Source of the DNA: Callorhinchus milii
Taxonomy: Eukaryota
Reading direction: 5' to 3'
Length of the DNA stretch: 64,000 nucleotides
NCBI RefSeq assembly: GCF_018977255.1
Contig: NW_024704742.1
Span: 22,198,001 to 22,262,000 of the forward strand
Part shown: positions 1 through 12,190 of the stretch, piece by piece
Numbering within the stretch: position 1 is the first letter of the stretch
Layout of the letters: every line of letters begins with the position of its first letter
Position numbers and translations under genes: made by a program
The notes under the pieces: model-generated
The model's database searches: none
What the model was told of the DNA's origin: nothing
What the model saw: only the letters and a program-made list of their open reading frames with translations

Positions 1-429
1 CTGGTTATTTAACTGGTTGCAAAAGTTCACGAATATCAATGAACCTTATACAACAGTAGGAGAGGAACTCAGTTAAAATCAAATAGTTGGGTGAATTGCC
101 TCAAAATTTGAATCCAAATTCACTATTTAATTCTCAAAATAAAGCCTGAATAAATAAACCATTATTTAAAGTCACATTAAAATGTCACCACCAAACTAGC
201 TTATTCAGAATTTGATTTGAGGATTAAACCTTATGGCAGTTCTTAATATCACACCCATTTCAGAAAATCAGATGTTAGAGAACAAATATTGTTTTAATGA
301 GCCAAATCAAACAACTCAATTAAAATCATAAGGCACTATGACACTCACACATCATTCTGCAGGTATGGTAGCCATTATTTACATGCATTTTTCCAAAATT
401 CGTAAATTAGGTTTCAATGCTTGGGACAC

Positions 430-989
430 TCTTCTTTCAGGTATATCTGGATGAACGGCAATGGTAATTCTGCAGATGTGGCATATATAAATTTTCAGAA
501 AGCTTTTGATAAGCTGTTGGCTTGTTCAAAAAATGAAGGCGCATTACATTAATGAAGGTATTAATGGAAAGGTGGCAGCAAGGATAGAAAGTTGGTGGGA
601 ATATATGATTATTATTCAAAATTGAAAAATATAAATAGTGGTGTCTCCAGGGTAAGTAACAGTAAAAAAGATTGTAAGCAACTGCTGAAAGACAGACTTG
701 TAGACTGGGCAGCGATAGCAGATGAAATTTAATGTGGAAATGTGTGAGATCATACATTATGAGAGGAAGAATATATGCTCAATGGCAATATTTTTAAAAT
801 AGAAGAGTTATGTATATAAAACTTTAAAGGTGGCTAAGCAGGGGGGCAAAAATATGAAGAAAGCTAACTGGCTCCTAGATTCTATAAACAGGAGCATAGA
901 ATATAAAACCAAAGAATGTAATGCTTAACTGCAACTAAGTATTGTATCCAGTTTTGGTCACGCCACTTTAGAAGGATATCAGGGCCACA
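430..989 (+). mobile_element. Degraded CR1-type LINE fragment
   Basis: Remnants such as ttcagaaagcttttgataag, tgaaatttaatgtggaaatgtgtgag and tattgtatccagttttggtcacgccac resemble CR1 ORF2 motifs (DFQKAFDK, KFN, YCVQFWSP). Confidence 0.7.
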
Positions 990-1365
990 AGTCCTGTAGC
1001 TCAGTGGTTAGAGCTCTCGCCTCACAAGCGAGAGACCTGGTTTGATTCCCGGCAGGGCGAAACCTTGGGCAAGTTTCCTTACTCCACATGCCTCTGTTTA
1101 CCTAGCAGTAAGTAGGAACCTGGTTGTTAGTCAATTGGTGGATTGCTTTTCCAGGGGGCTTATAATTTGTTCAAAAAAAATGATAAATTGGACAATAATC
1201 TGGTATCTGAATCCACAACTGTTTATGAGACACTGCTGTGCTCAATTGGCTGCTGTGCTTTGCTCACAAATATAGTCAATTCACTTTACAGTATATTCTG
1301 TGAAGAGCTTTGAGACATCTAGAAGATGTGAAAAGCACTATATCAAATGCAAGGATTATTATTAT
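990..1365 (+). mobile_element. tRNA-derived SINE (full length), nested in a CR1 remnant
   Basis: Head gtcctgtagctcagtggttagagc...ggtttgattcccggcagg (Pol III A/B boxes); tail ...gcactatatcaaatgcaaggattattatt. Confidence 0.88.
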
Positions 1366-1786
1366 AAATGCAGAGGATATTTGCTCTGAGTGCTCTGGGA
1401 CGTTACTCCACCTGAAGGACGCTATATAACTCCAAGTTGTTGAATTATGCCAAGGACGAGTATTTTGACAACTAGTGACTATTCTCCGGGTGGGCTAGAG
1501 AGATGCAAGCAGGGTTTCCTTGGTGCTAGACTGCATATTTGGCAATAGAATATCAGAATCGAGCGAACCCTCTGTGACGATAGACCAGTTCCTGGCAAAG
1601 CAGGTCTGTAGTGTTCAGTATTTACACTGAAATCCAAAATACCTTGTATGAATTTTGAAATTAGTTTCACAATAAAGTGGGTTGGGTGGTCCTAGCTGAA
1701 CAAGCAACAGGAAAGCTTGGCAGACAGTGCTTTCAATGGCAAGTTTTGCTGTTATAGCTGGTTATGGACTCAAGTACACTATAAAA

Positions 1787-2022
1787 ATAATAATCCTTGC
1801 ATTTGATATAGCGCCTTATCATGACTTTGAGACGTCTCAAAGTGCTTCACAGAATTGACTGTATATTTCTGTGGGCAAAATGCAGCAGCCAATTGCACAT
1901 AACAGTTTACCACAAACAATCATAGATTAAAGTGACCAATTTTTTTTAAGGAATTATTACCCCTAGAAAAGTGATCCACCAATCAACTAACAATTGGGTT
2001 CCCACTTACTGCTAGGTAAACA
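1787..2022 (-). mobile_element. 5'-truncated tRNA-SINE inserted into an unclassified repeat
   Basis: Same body and tail as the other copies (aataatccttgcatttgatatagcgcc...). Both flanks align to the element at 12190-12800. Confidence 0.8.
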
Positions 2023-2227
2023 CTCTGGGGTACCAGAGACTTGTATTTTGCCAACTGCACCTTATACTCTCTGGAATTAGGTAAGCAAGATGCATCCCTC
2101 CAGCAATAGAATGCACATTTCTATTTTAATAAATCTCTCGAATTTCAATGTATAGGTGGGATGCATGTAACTCAGTTTGGTTGGAGACTCTGAAGTATAT
2201 TGATGGGTTTCTGCATGTGTCAGACAC

Positions 2228-2470
2228 CTTCCACTTCATCTCCACAAATGGTTTCTCCTCTAGCCCCCGCACGCATATATGGTTCATTACATCAAGGCTC
2301 GACTATGCAGTGTTCCTCAGGGCTCTGTCCTTAGTCCCCTCCAATTCAATATCTACATGCTCCCTCTTGGTGATATCATTTGCAGACATGGGGTCAATTT
2401 CCACATGTATGCGAATGACACCCAAATGTACCTCTCTGCCTCCACCCTCGATTCCAGGACCACCAGCCCT
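2228..2470 (+). mobile_element. L2 LINE RT fragment
   Basis: ORF 2279-2539 contains [40 protein letters not shown] (RT domains 4-5, decayed YADD). Confidence 0.85.
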
Positions 2471-3243
2471 CAATTATGTAATGAACCATCAACAAAGAAG
2501 ATTCTTGGTTCTTTTGCAAACCCTTTGTTTGCTTGTTAATTATCTGTACATTTACATTACATGGTTTGCACAACTTACAGAATGGATCTGTTCAGTCTTC
2601 TTGATTTTCAGGTGGGATTAAAGATACGAGATCAACAGTCCTCCAGAAAATCACCATTTCATCTCATGGCTAATTGTGGGTCTTTACTATTCACAAAACA
2701 GCTACTGAGTTTGTCTATATAAAAAAAAGTGACTACACTTGCAATAATCAAACGCTCTGGCTCACTACCCTGCGTGAGGGACGTCCTCCCGACGCAAAAG
2801 GCGTTCTATAAATGTAATCTTGTTGTTGTGAGGGACACTATATAACAGCAAGGTATTGCTGTTGTAATTACTGTGAAGGACTTTGAGGTGTTTCACTGTT
2901 ATAGGCATTATAAAAATTCAAGTTCTTACTTTCTAGATGCCAATATCTAGTATTACTCTCAGCTCATGTTTCTCTCTTGTTTGATTACATTCATTGTTAT
3001 ACTCGTGTCCTAGATTTTACAAATTTTAGTTTTAAAAAAATTAGAAACATTCATCTCATCATGCAAAAAATCAGTGAACATGACCAGCGATGAAAACTGA
3101 ATGACATATGTCCTATCACTCCACTGAAGTCCATGTTTCTTTTCCAATAACATTTCACTGACATTCAGATGAGTTTACAAATTTCTACTGAATTAGAAAT
3201 TATGTCTGTATTAAAATAATGATCAGCAAATAATCACACTCAC

Positions 3244-3319
3244 CTCATTTCCACCGACTGCTTTAGTTAGAATTACAGCAGATGACACAGGGGGTGGCAT
3301 ACAACCAACTGTCTGCAAA
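3244..3319 (-). CDS. SLC10A7: SLC10A7 coding exon 4
   Basis: ttttag|T TTG CAG ACA... = [25 protein letters not shown]|gtgagt. 76 nt, containing the conserved SLC10A7 motif. Later exons were not found in 1-3243. Confidence 0.96.
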
Positions 3320-3439
3320 CTAAAAAAGCAAAAGCAAAAATTTACTCAAAATATAAATCCACAATGACCTTCAGAAACTAATTTTCTATACTCTGCCATT
3401 TGAGTCAACACAAATGTTACACATCTAATACTGTGGACC

Positions 3440-4700
3440 ATCTATCTCAGACATCTATTTTTGTTCCTCTTACCTTCCCCATCCTCCTCCCTGCTCCCAA
3501 ACCCAAAACGACCATCATCTCATTCCCTCACATGTGCCCTCAAGTTCTGAGTTCATGTTCCTCCACCCATGCAAACGTTACATCCTCCATTAACCTACTG
3601 CACAACTCCCTGAACACTCTCCCTCCCATCACATGCCGAACTACCCCTGCAAGCCCGCCTAGTGCGAAAGGCACCACCATTTGAGACCCAAGCCCAATGC
3701 TGCCGAACATACACAACTCAAATCTGGCCTCATGATATGTCGACAGATCTGGATACACAACAGCAAAGTGTATTATCACATCCTTACCTCAGGTAAAATT
3801 AGCCTTCTACTGCAGGACTAACCTGGAGACCAAATACAAATCAAGGCTTCATTTCTTCACTATCAACCATTCTGTCTTTCCATCCTCCTATGCTCTATCG
3901 ACCCTCACCCCAAAACAGCTTGTATTTATAGTTCCTTCATGCAGGATAGGATCTAAGAGCATGAGCAAGCTAGAAGGTGGAATAGAAGGTAACAGTATGA
4001 ATGGTCGAAGAGGTAGATAAAAAGATAAAGAGTGAGCTACAGAGATTGAGACAGAGAGTTCCAGACGTCAGGGATGCAGTGGCTGAAGGCATGGCCTTGA
4101 ATAATGATGTTAAGGGGTCGGGAATGCACAGCAGGCTCGTGTTAGCTGATTGAAGGAGGCGGGCAGAAGAGTGGGATACACGCAGGTCAGAGAGTTAGGA
4201 AGGTGCAAGGGTGTGAAGGAATTTGTACATGAGGATCTTGAAGTTGATCCGTTCGTAGACAGAGAGCCTGTGAAGCCTCACAAAAATCAGGGTGATGAGC
4301 GTGCAGAGTTTGGTGTGTGAGGATATGGGAGCCAGAGTTTTGCATTAGTTAAGCCTTGTCGATAGTGGAACTGGAAAGTTCGTCCATGGTCTTGCCACAC
4401 CCTACCTCTGCAACCTTCTCAAACCCTAAAAGCCTCACGCTCCCTCCGCTCAGCAGGCACCAGCCTACTTCATGTTTCCCACCTTTGGGCTTTCAGTCTA
4501 TCTGCCCCCGTCTCTGAAACTCCACCGCCAAGCCCCTACTATTCGCCCCTTCCCTCCTTCAACGTCCACCTCAAGAGCTTTCTCTTGTCTGTGCCTTCAG
4601 TCATCTTCTCCACCCCACCAATTCCCCTCTCAGGTGCAAACCCTGGATTGTCTTGGAGCATCCTTCCTATGGGAAACACTTTATGGTTGTTGCCTTATTC
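3440..4700. mobile_element. Cluster of degraded L2 fragments in both orientations
   Basis: Pyrimidine-rich (+) and purine-rich (-) tracts resembling the L2 at 25672-27195, including 3' end motifs such as gccttcagtcatct and tcaggtgcaaaccct. Confidence 0.6.
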
Positions 4701-5567
4701 ACTGGGGTAATAAATCTGGTTGTTATTAATAGTTTCAGTGTTGTCCTTTTTTTAAAAAAATTCTACAATTGAAGGCCTATAATAATAATTCTTGCATTTG
4801 ATATATAAACCAATTTGAAGGTAAAGACTTTTCCCATGATTGAAAGGAAAAAGCAGTGTAGAATCAATTTCTTTCAGAAGATTCAGCTGCAACTTCTCAC
4901 AGTTGACAAGCTCCTGAAACTTAGTGAGGACCTGCTCTTGCGTTTCAAACTGGCTCTCAACAGGAAGCTCTTGAGTCAATTGTCTAAGCAACGATAGATG
5001 TGCAAATGCTGCAGCTGTACATGTGCTGCAATGAAGGGCAAACATTCTGTGAACACTCTGGAGGCTGATTAGAGGTCAGGGGAAAGCTGTATTGCAGCCC
5101 TGCAAATTTGATCTGAGGAACTTTTTTTGACTGTTCTAAATTGTAATATGAAAATACACATCATTTAGGTCCTGGTCAGATCGTCCATCTGTCTGTCTCC
5201 ACAGCGATTTATTCCCATTTCATGCTAAATTGCTAAGCAGTTGCCCTGGAAGGGAGGACGCATAAATGAGCTAAAGCTGAAGTTTATGATTAACTTCCTG
5301 GTAGGTACAGTATATCTCATCTTGGGATGACATGGGACCCTCTACCTGTGGACAAAAATCACTTTGCAAATTCTACTATTGTGAATTTGTAAAGCAAATT
5401 TTATTATTGTGGCTAGGAAATCAATGAACAACTGAAGCACTCTGTCTAAGCCATGATTTCTGCTCAATCAATGAATAACATTAATCACAAGTTATTAGAG
5501 AAACATTTAGTGTGTTCAAAACAGGCTGTTCGCCTGAATCCACTAACAAAAATGAATTCAATGAAAT

Positions 5568-5834
5568 CAGAACAAAATGCAAAAATACTGCAGATGCTGG
5601 AAATCTGAAACAAAAACAGAAGTCGCTGAGAACACTGTAGGTCAGGCAGCATCTATGGAGAAAGGAAAGTGAGTCAATGTTTCAGGTCCACGACCCTTCG
5701 TCAGAACTGTTGAGAGCCAGTTTCTGATGTGTTCTGCGCGAAGGAAGGGTCGTGGACCCAAAACGTTGACTCACTTTCCTTTTTCCATAGATGCTGCCTG
5801 ACCTGCTGAGTGTTACCAGCGACTTCTGTTTGTG
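5568..5834. mobile_element. Fold-back non-autonomous Penelope-like element with 10-bp TSD and degenerate hammerhead motifs
   Basis: ~85-bp inverted arms (gtcaggcagcatctatggagaaaggaaagtgagtcaa / ttgactcactttcctttttccatagatgctgcctgac), flanked by direct repeat TCAATGAAAT (5558-5567, 5835-5844). Confidence 0.75.
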
Positions 5835-6853
5835 TCAATGAAATAGGACGCCAGTTCTATTTTGCTGGGTTTTTGGAACTGAGGCTATGCTTAAGAGGGA
5901 CAGTTGGCGCATTTCATTTTAGTGCCACAAGGTGAACCAACCAGTCGAAAACTAAATCATTTGAACCAAAAGTGAAATCATTTGACAATTAAATAATTCC
6001 TTCAATAAGCAACCCAGGTTTTGTATAATCTGTCCTGTTCCACAATATTCAGGGAGTTGATAGGAAAGGTGCATATAATCGATTCTAACATTAAACGCCA
6101 ATCACACAACGTAAAAAGCAGGATCTAATTATAACAAATAGAGTACAAAGATACATCACCAGAATGAGGTTCAACAATTCTCCTTCTATGAGTACCCAGC
6201 AATAAATGTGCATCGGGAAGGAGGAGGGAAATTAGTAAATTGTGCTCCATACAGGAGTTTGGGTGGTTGAAAAGATAAAATAGCATGGATGGGTTAAATT
6301 GGTTAGAAGCCAATTTCGTTGCCGGGTTGTGAATGTGATAAGAGCTAAATTTTTAATAACTGAAGAGATTGTCCTAAAGAGAAAAAATAAATAGATAATA
6401 TTACAATTTGTTTTTCTTTCAGATGAATTCAGCCTTCTCTGTACCGAAAGCAACATCATTTGTCTATGCATTGCTCAATTCTCATAACAGAATCTTAATT
6501 TGTGTTCAAAATGAGTTTCATAGAGTAATAAGCAGAATTCTGATCAATGTAGTAAAAATATATTAAAGTTCAGTAATAAAGTGGCTCTTGTGCTTTGGCA
6601 TTCCTAGGTTCAAAACTGAATCAGCTACTTCAATTTTACAGTCTCTAGAGAGTCATGTACGTATAATATTTAACCGTGGTTTAGTAAATATGTCAATGAA
6701 CCAGGTGGAGGTGGAGCCTCCTGAATTGCCAGACACACATAAAAACACTTTGTGAAGAATTTCTGAACTTGTTCCAATGTGAAAGAGCAAATAAATTGAA
6801 ATTGAAATCAGAATCCTAATATTTTAGAACCAGAGTTAGAAAAAATGACATAC

Positions 6854-6990
6854 CCTTTTAAAAGCCATTTGTTGATAGACGTCAGAGCTAATAATTTAAG
6901 AAAAAGCCAAATGGCAGCAGGGAAAAATCCAAGGGTAAAGATTTGTACAAACAAGTGGAGTTTCACATGCATCAAAGCACTCATCAGCTC
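6854..6990 (-). CDS. SLC10A7: SLC10A7 coding exon 3
   Basis: ttccag|[45 protein letters not shown](G)|gtatgt. 137 nt, hydrophobic TM segment, phase-consistent. Confidence 0.96.
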
Positions 6991-7299
6991 CTGGAATACA
7001 AATAAAAAAAGATAACTTTTTTAAAAAACAAGATTCCAAAAGCTTATATAGAAACAAGAACATAAATACATCAGATATTTCTATGATTTTTTCAGAAGAA
7101 CATACAACTTGTAAACCAAATGCATTAAAAATTAGTTTTAATAATTTCTTTGGCCTAGATTAGGATACTAATCTTCTAAAATTCACTTTGTAAGTAACCA
7201 TAGCAGAACACCCAATGAATTCAACATTTGTAAGCATTTTACATCCACTAAAAGAATACAAAATTGGACTTCAACAAAAAGTAACAAGCTATATCATTT

Positions 7300-7560
7300 A
7301 CGTGGTGACTGAGTGGATTAGTTGGTAGTACTTCCAAGGTTGTGGGTTCACACCCACAACAAAATAATTTTGAACTCAGTCTAGAGTGAGGGAGTGTGGG
7401 AGAGAGTGGCTCTCCAATATAATACTGAGAAAGTACTGAATTATCGAAGTTGCCAGCCCTCTGATGACAAGTTAAACTAAGATCCCATCAGCCGAGTTCA
7501 GCAGACGTTGCCATGGCATCCATTTAAAAAAAAGGTTTTCTCCCAGGTCAGCTACTGACC
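7300..7560 (+). mobile_element. Old Deu-domain-like SINE remnant
   Basis: tRNA-like head (aggttgtgggttcacaccc) followed by tactgagaaagtactg...ctgatgacaagttaaactaagatccc, similar to the copies at 16626 and 37107. Confidence 0.5.
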
Positions 7561-8054
7561 TGCTCACAGACAGAAAATTTTAAATTGTGGGAACTGAGGT
7601 TTTCTTGTAGCAATGCTCACTTGGTTATCGTCATTTCATATTTCATGGCCAATTTCATATGCCTGTATCCCCATCTCAAAATTTCCAGTTACAAGTATTA
7701 AAAGTAATGGCATTTAAATTATGCAGTAGCCTATTTTGCAAACTACTTTTTCACAATGAGCTCCTACACAACCTAAGGAGAAAGCTACAGGAAAAAGCAA
7801 TCATACTTTTTGAGAGGTCATGACATGTATTTGGCCTCTTTCAAAATATACATCTGAATTTAAAATGGAAATATTTACCATTGTTGTGTAGGAAGATGTA
7901 AAAGATGATCAAATTTCAACATTGTAATTTGATTTTTTTTTAAAACATTGTATTACTCATAATATTTCCAAAGCACTCATTTCAGGATTCAGGTAATTGT
8001 TACAAACTTCTCAAGCTTTACTGTTGTAATTTATGACGTCATATGAACCACATG

Positions 8055-8414
8055 ATAATAATCCTTGCAATCTGATATAGCGTTTTTCACGTCTTCTAGA
8101 CATCTCAAAGCTCTTCATAGAATATACTGTAAAGTGAATTGACTGTATATTTGTGGGTGAATCGCAGCAGCTTATTGCACACAGCACTGTCCCACAAACA
8201 GTCGTGGATTGAGTGTCCAAATTATTATTTTGAGGGATTATTATCTCCAGAAAAGCGATCTGCCAATCAACTAACAACTGGGTTCCTACTTACTGCCAGG
8301 TAAACAGTGGCATGTGGAAGAAGGAAACTTGCCCAACATTTTGCCCTGCTGGGACTAGAACCTAGGTCTCTCGCTTGCGAGGCGCGAGCTCTAACCACTG
8401 AGCTACAGGACTCC
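8055..8414 (-). mobile_element. tRNA-derived SINE (full length)
   Basis: Reverse complement of the 990-1365 family; ends ...ctaaccactgagctacaggactcc. Confidence 0.88.
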
Positions 8415-9019
8415 AAAAGTGATGAGGTTATGATACAAATATTTCCTTAAATTAATGGAGCAGACTATTTTATGGAAATTAACACAATTACTGTATTACG
8501 TATCTCATAATGTGGCAAAAATGATCAGTTAAAGAAACATGATTTTTGACAGCATTCATAAAGACCTACATATCTTAACATGATTTTTAATTAATATTAT
8601 GATCAGACAACTTAAGGGTCAAACTGGTACTGGTTCAGCAAATACATTGAAGAAGTGACATCCCAAATTGACCTGTTTCCAAATGCCACTTGGAAGCTGT
8701 ATTAGAACAAAAAATCTGTTATATATTAAAAAAGTCTAAAAGTACCAAATGCTAGATTAATTTACAAAACAGTAAGTAGTGAATATCAAGAATTAGACAT
8801 GAACATGAATTAGTAACTGGCTGAAGCAAAGGATAGTGAGAGAGAGCTTGATTGAAATGGGGTGGGTGGAAAAAGTGGCGTGTTGGACATGAGATCCAAT
8901 GATAAATCTTATATTAATGTTCACAGACTTAGTATAAAATTATAAAGTTGCAGGTGATACCAAGGCACATCCAAAAGTGTGAACAATGAATGAAAAGAGG
9001 ATGCTGGAGTTTTTTGTAA

Positions 9020-9722
9020 AATCAGTTCAGTTTCTCTAGACTGTTCGCATCCACCGTTTGCTTGGGGAGCCTGTTCCATAAGTTCACCACTCGCTCACCG
9101 AAGTAGTGTCTCCACAGATTTGTTCTGAATTTACCCGCCTTTGATCGGAGGTCGTGTCTTCTGGTTCTACTGTTCAGTATATTATAAAACAGCTTATCAT
9201 GGTCTACATTATTTAGTCCCTTTAGAATCTTAAAGACCGCAATCATATCACCCCTCAACCTTCTCTTCTCCAGTGTGAACATGCCCAGTTTATCTAATCG
9301 CTCCTTGTAGTCCAGTTCCTCCATTTCCCTCCATTTTAGTTACCCTCTTCTGTATCCTCTCAATCAATCGCTGCAATATCCTTTATACTGCGGTGACCAG
9401 AAATGCACACAGTATCCCAAGTGTGGCCACATCAGTGATTTATAAAATGGCGGGATTATCTCCACTATTTCAGCTCAATATTACCCTTTTAATACAACCC
9501 AGCATCTGGTTTGCCTTACTCCCTGCTACCGAGCACTGTTACGATAGTTTCAATTTATTGCCAATCCGGACTCCAAGGTCCTTTTCACTTTCCGTACAGA
9601 TTATCTTCTTCCCAGTTAAATAGTCCCTTCGTGGAATTTTTTGTCCCCATGTGAGCACATGTGATTTCTCTACATTGAATTTCATCTGCCATCGATCAGC
9701 CCAATTTCCAAGTATGTTCAGG
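9020..9722 (-). mobile_element. CR1 LINE 3' ORF2 fragment
   Basis: ORF 9022-9324: LDYKERLDKLGMFTLEKRRLRGDMIAVFKILKG...FGERVVNLWNRLP, the typical CR1 C-terminus. Confidence 0.9.
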
Positions 9723-10215
9723 TGGTCCTATTCTTTCCGGAATTAGGTACGCAGGATGTGGCATTCCATTCCAACAATCCATCACTGGGATTTACATGCA
9801 TCAGTGGGAAGAATGGAATTCTCAGTTTGGTTACTCTTAAGCATGTTCTCTTATTCCTCAAAGAGACATTATATACATTTTGAAATGTTTCCCAGTTTTA
9901 AATGGCATAAACAATCTTCCAATATAAATTTTGTTTGTAACAGTAAGCTGGATAATGAATACAAGCACCAGTTAAACATTCTACTAAGTTGTTAACTGAT
10001 TCCAGGAAACAGACAAGCTCCTTCTTCTAATATATGAACCATTTTTAAGCTCACACAAGGTACAATTCATTTGAGAGTGAAACCTATCCCAAACATATGA
10101 ACTCTTGCTTATTTGCTGTTCAGAATTAAACAAGGTTCAATTTTTTAAGATGACGTTTATGCAGACCCGTTTCATTGCACTAATGTTCACTTAGTGCACA
10201 GAAAAAAAAACTCAC

Positions 10216-10298
10216 CTCAGTTTTTAATGACAGACCGCTGTTTAAAAATATAGTTGAAACAGCAATATACGTGATTGTAATCTCTGGCCTCAATGGTC
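10216..10298 (-). CDS. SLC10A7: SLC10A7 coding exon 2
   Basis: Read manually (not in the ORF track): tacag|GA CCA TTG AGG CCA GAG... = (G)[27 protein letters not shown]|gtgagt. 83 nt, phase-compatible with exons 1 and 3. Confidence 0.96.
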
Positions 10299-11109
10299 CT
10301 GTATTTAAAAAGAAAAAATAAATAAGTTACAAAATACAACATTCCGTTACTCCCTAAATGTACATTTTAATTTTGAATATGCAAAATCTACAAACAAAAG
10401 GTTCATTTAGAACATATCAATGTTAATCTAGTACTTTTCCCAGCATTAACAAAGGTGTGACTGTTTTTAAAATGGTAAAGCATTGCCCAATACTATACTA
10501 CTTTTTTTAAAAAATCCATAAAATTGTAAAAAGGAAGATTTTAATTATAAAATGTCACATTTTGAATCGTCTAAACATTACAAATTGTGACTTTTGTATT
10601 TACGTGATTCAATTCTACTCAAACATATTTAAGTAGTCTAGCCTTTCCTTAGTTCATGCGACAGTACAGGGTAAATCTATACAAAATAAACAAAGCTTAT
10701 CCAAACATTTTAAATGTAAATATTATACGTAATTATACGATTTGCTCATACTACAATTAAACATCATTATCAAAACCTCAAGAGACCAACAAAACAGTTC
10801 TGGTCAATGAACAGGATGCTAATTTAACAATTTTGACCAAGATATTTAATTTTTTTTTAAAGGAACTACATACAGAAATAATATTTTCCAACAGGTTAGT
10901 TATATTTAAAAATTTAATTCCTGAACTTTGGTGGATATTTTTTAAAATGTATAGTTAGAAAAACTCTTCTTGGAGCTTTCATAATTAACATTAGTGCTAA
11001 TTCCATACTTAAGTCGTCGCCTGTCAAATTCAGAATTTTCTGAAATTACATTTTCATCTGCAACTGCAATTGTTTCAAACAAAATTAAAAATGGGAACTG
11101 AAGCTTCAT

Positions 11110-11860
11110 GCTTAGGCCCATGATTAGCTGGAAAAAATGTCAGAAATCAGTACGGGAGGGCTGCATTTTTGAGGTAGCCTCTTTCGGATGAGAGGTTGTA
11201 ATCAACAGAAAAGTGCAGCTGTAATTTTTCTGCGGGATCCACTACACTCACTCCATCAGCTCCAAACAACCCCCTCGGCTACGAGGCAATATAAAAATGC
11301 AAGTTTATTCTTTCTTTACTATCTATAATTTCAATAAAAGTGAGTTGTTGGCCTGTTGATTTCAATTGATTCTCCTACAAATGCAGTGTCTCTGTGCACG
11401 CGCTTCTCTATTTGTATGCGAGTGTGAGTCTCTCCATGTGTCTGTGAGTTTATGTGTCTCTCTCTCTGCGAGTGTGTGTGTCTGTGAGTGTGAATGTGTG
11501 TCTCTGTCTGTGAGTGCGTGTCTCAATGTTTCTCTCTCTGTATGAATGTGTCTCTCTGTGTGTCAAATATCCCCCACAATATTTGGCAAATCTTTCTGCA
11601 ATTTTCTATTGGGCCTGGTTATAATGAGGTCCTATCTATCTATTTTCAGGAGGCCGTTAAAGATCCCATCACATTATTTGGAAAGAAACGGGGGTTTCCT
11701 AGGGTTTTGTCCAACAATCCTCCAGATGAATTGTTTTTTCACATCAAGACTGTTTATGATAAGTGGCTGCCACATTACCTATGAAGTCACTAAATTTGAC
11801 TGTAATCATTTGGCAGGAGCTTTGAGACTGATTTGATAAGATGGTTATAAAAATTGTAAT
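11110..11860 (+). mobile_element. Fragmented Deu-domain-like SINE pieces interrupted by a TG/TC simple repeat (11400-11565)
   Basis: cagtacgggagggctgca...ctttcggatgagagg and ttaaagatcccatcacattatttggaaag match the Deu-like copies elsewhere in the window. Confidence 0.45.
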
Positions 11861-12005
11861 TACTGATCACGGATAACAATCGCCAATGATTGTCAGATTT
11901 TAACTAACATGGTTAATGCCATTATGTTGTTTCTAAAACATGTACCATTGTGCAAATAAAAGTACAAACTTTTATTTAAAAATAAAGATACAATTATAAA
12001 CATGT

Positions 12006-12190
12006 AATAATAATCCTTATTACCCCCAGACAGCTATCCGCCAATCGACTGACAACCGGGTTCCTACCTACTGCTAGGTAAACACAGCAGTGTGGAGTAA
12101 AGAAGCTTACCTAAGGTTTCGCCATCCCCAATAGAAACAGGATCCTCACACTTGCGAGGTAGGCGGCTAGCCACTATACTAGGGGGCACC
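12006..12190 (-). mobile_element. Internally deleted tRNA-SINE with a divergent head
   Basis: Shares the body ccgccaatcgactgacaaccgggttcctacctactgctaggtaaaca with the main SINE family. Confidence 0.7.

Noticed and set aside
1..3243. SLC10A7 exon 5 (expected AAAIFNSAFGSFL)
   Set aside because: Not found on the - strand; presumably outside the window.
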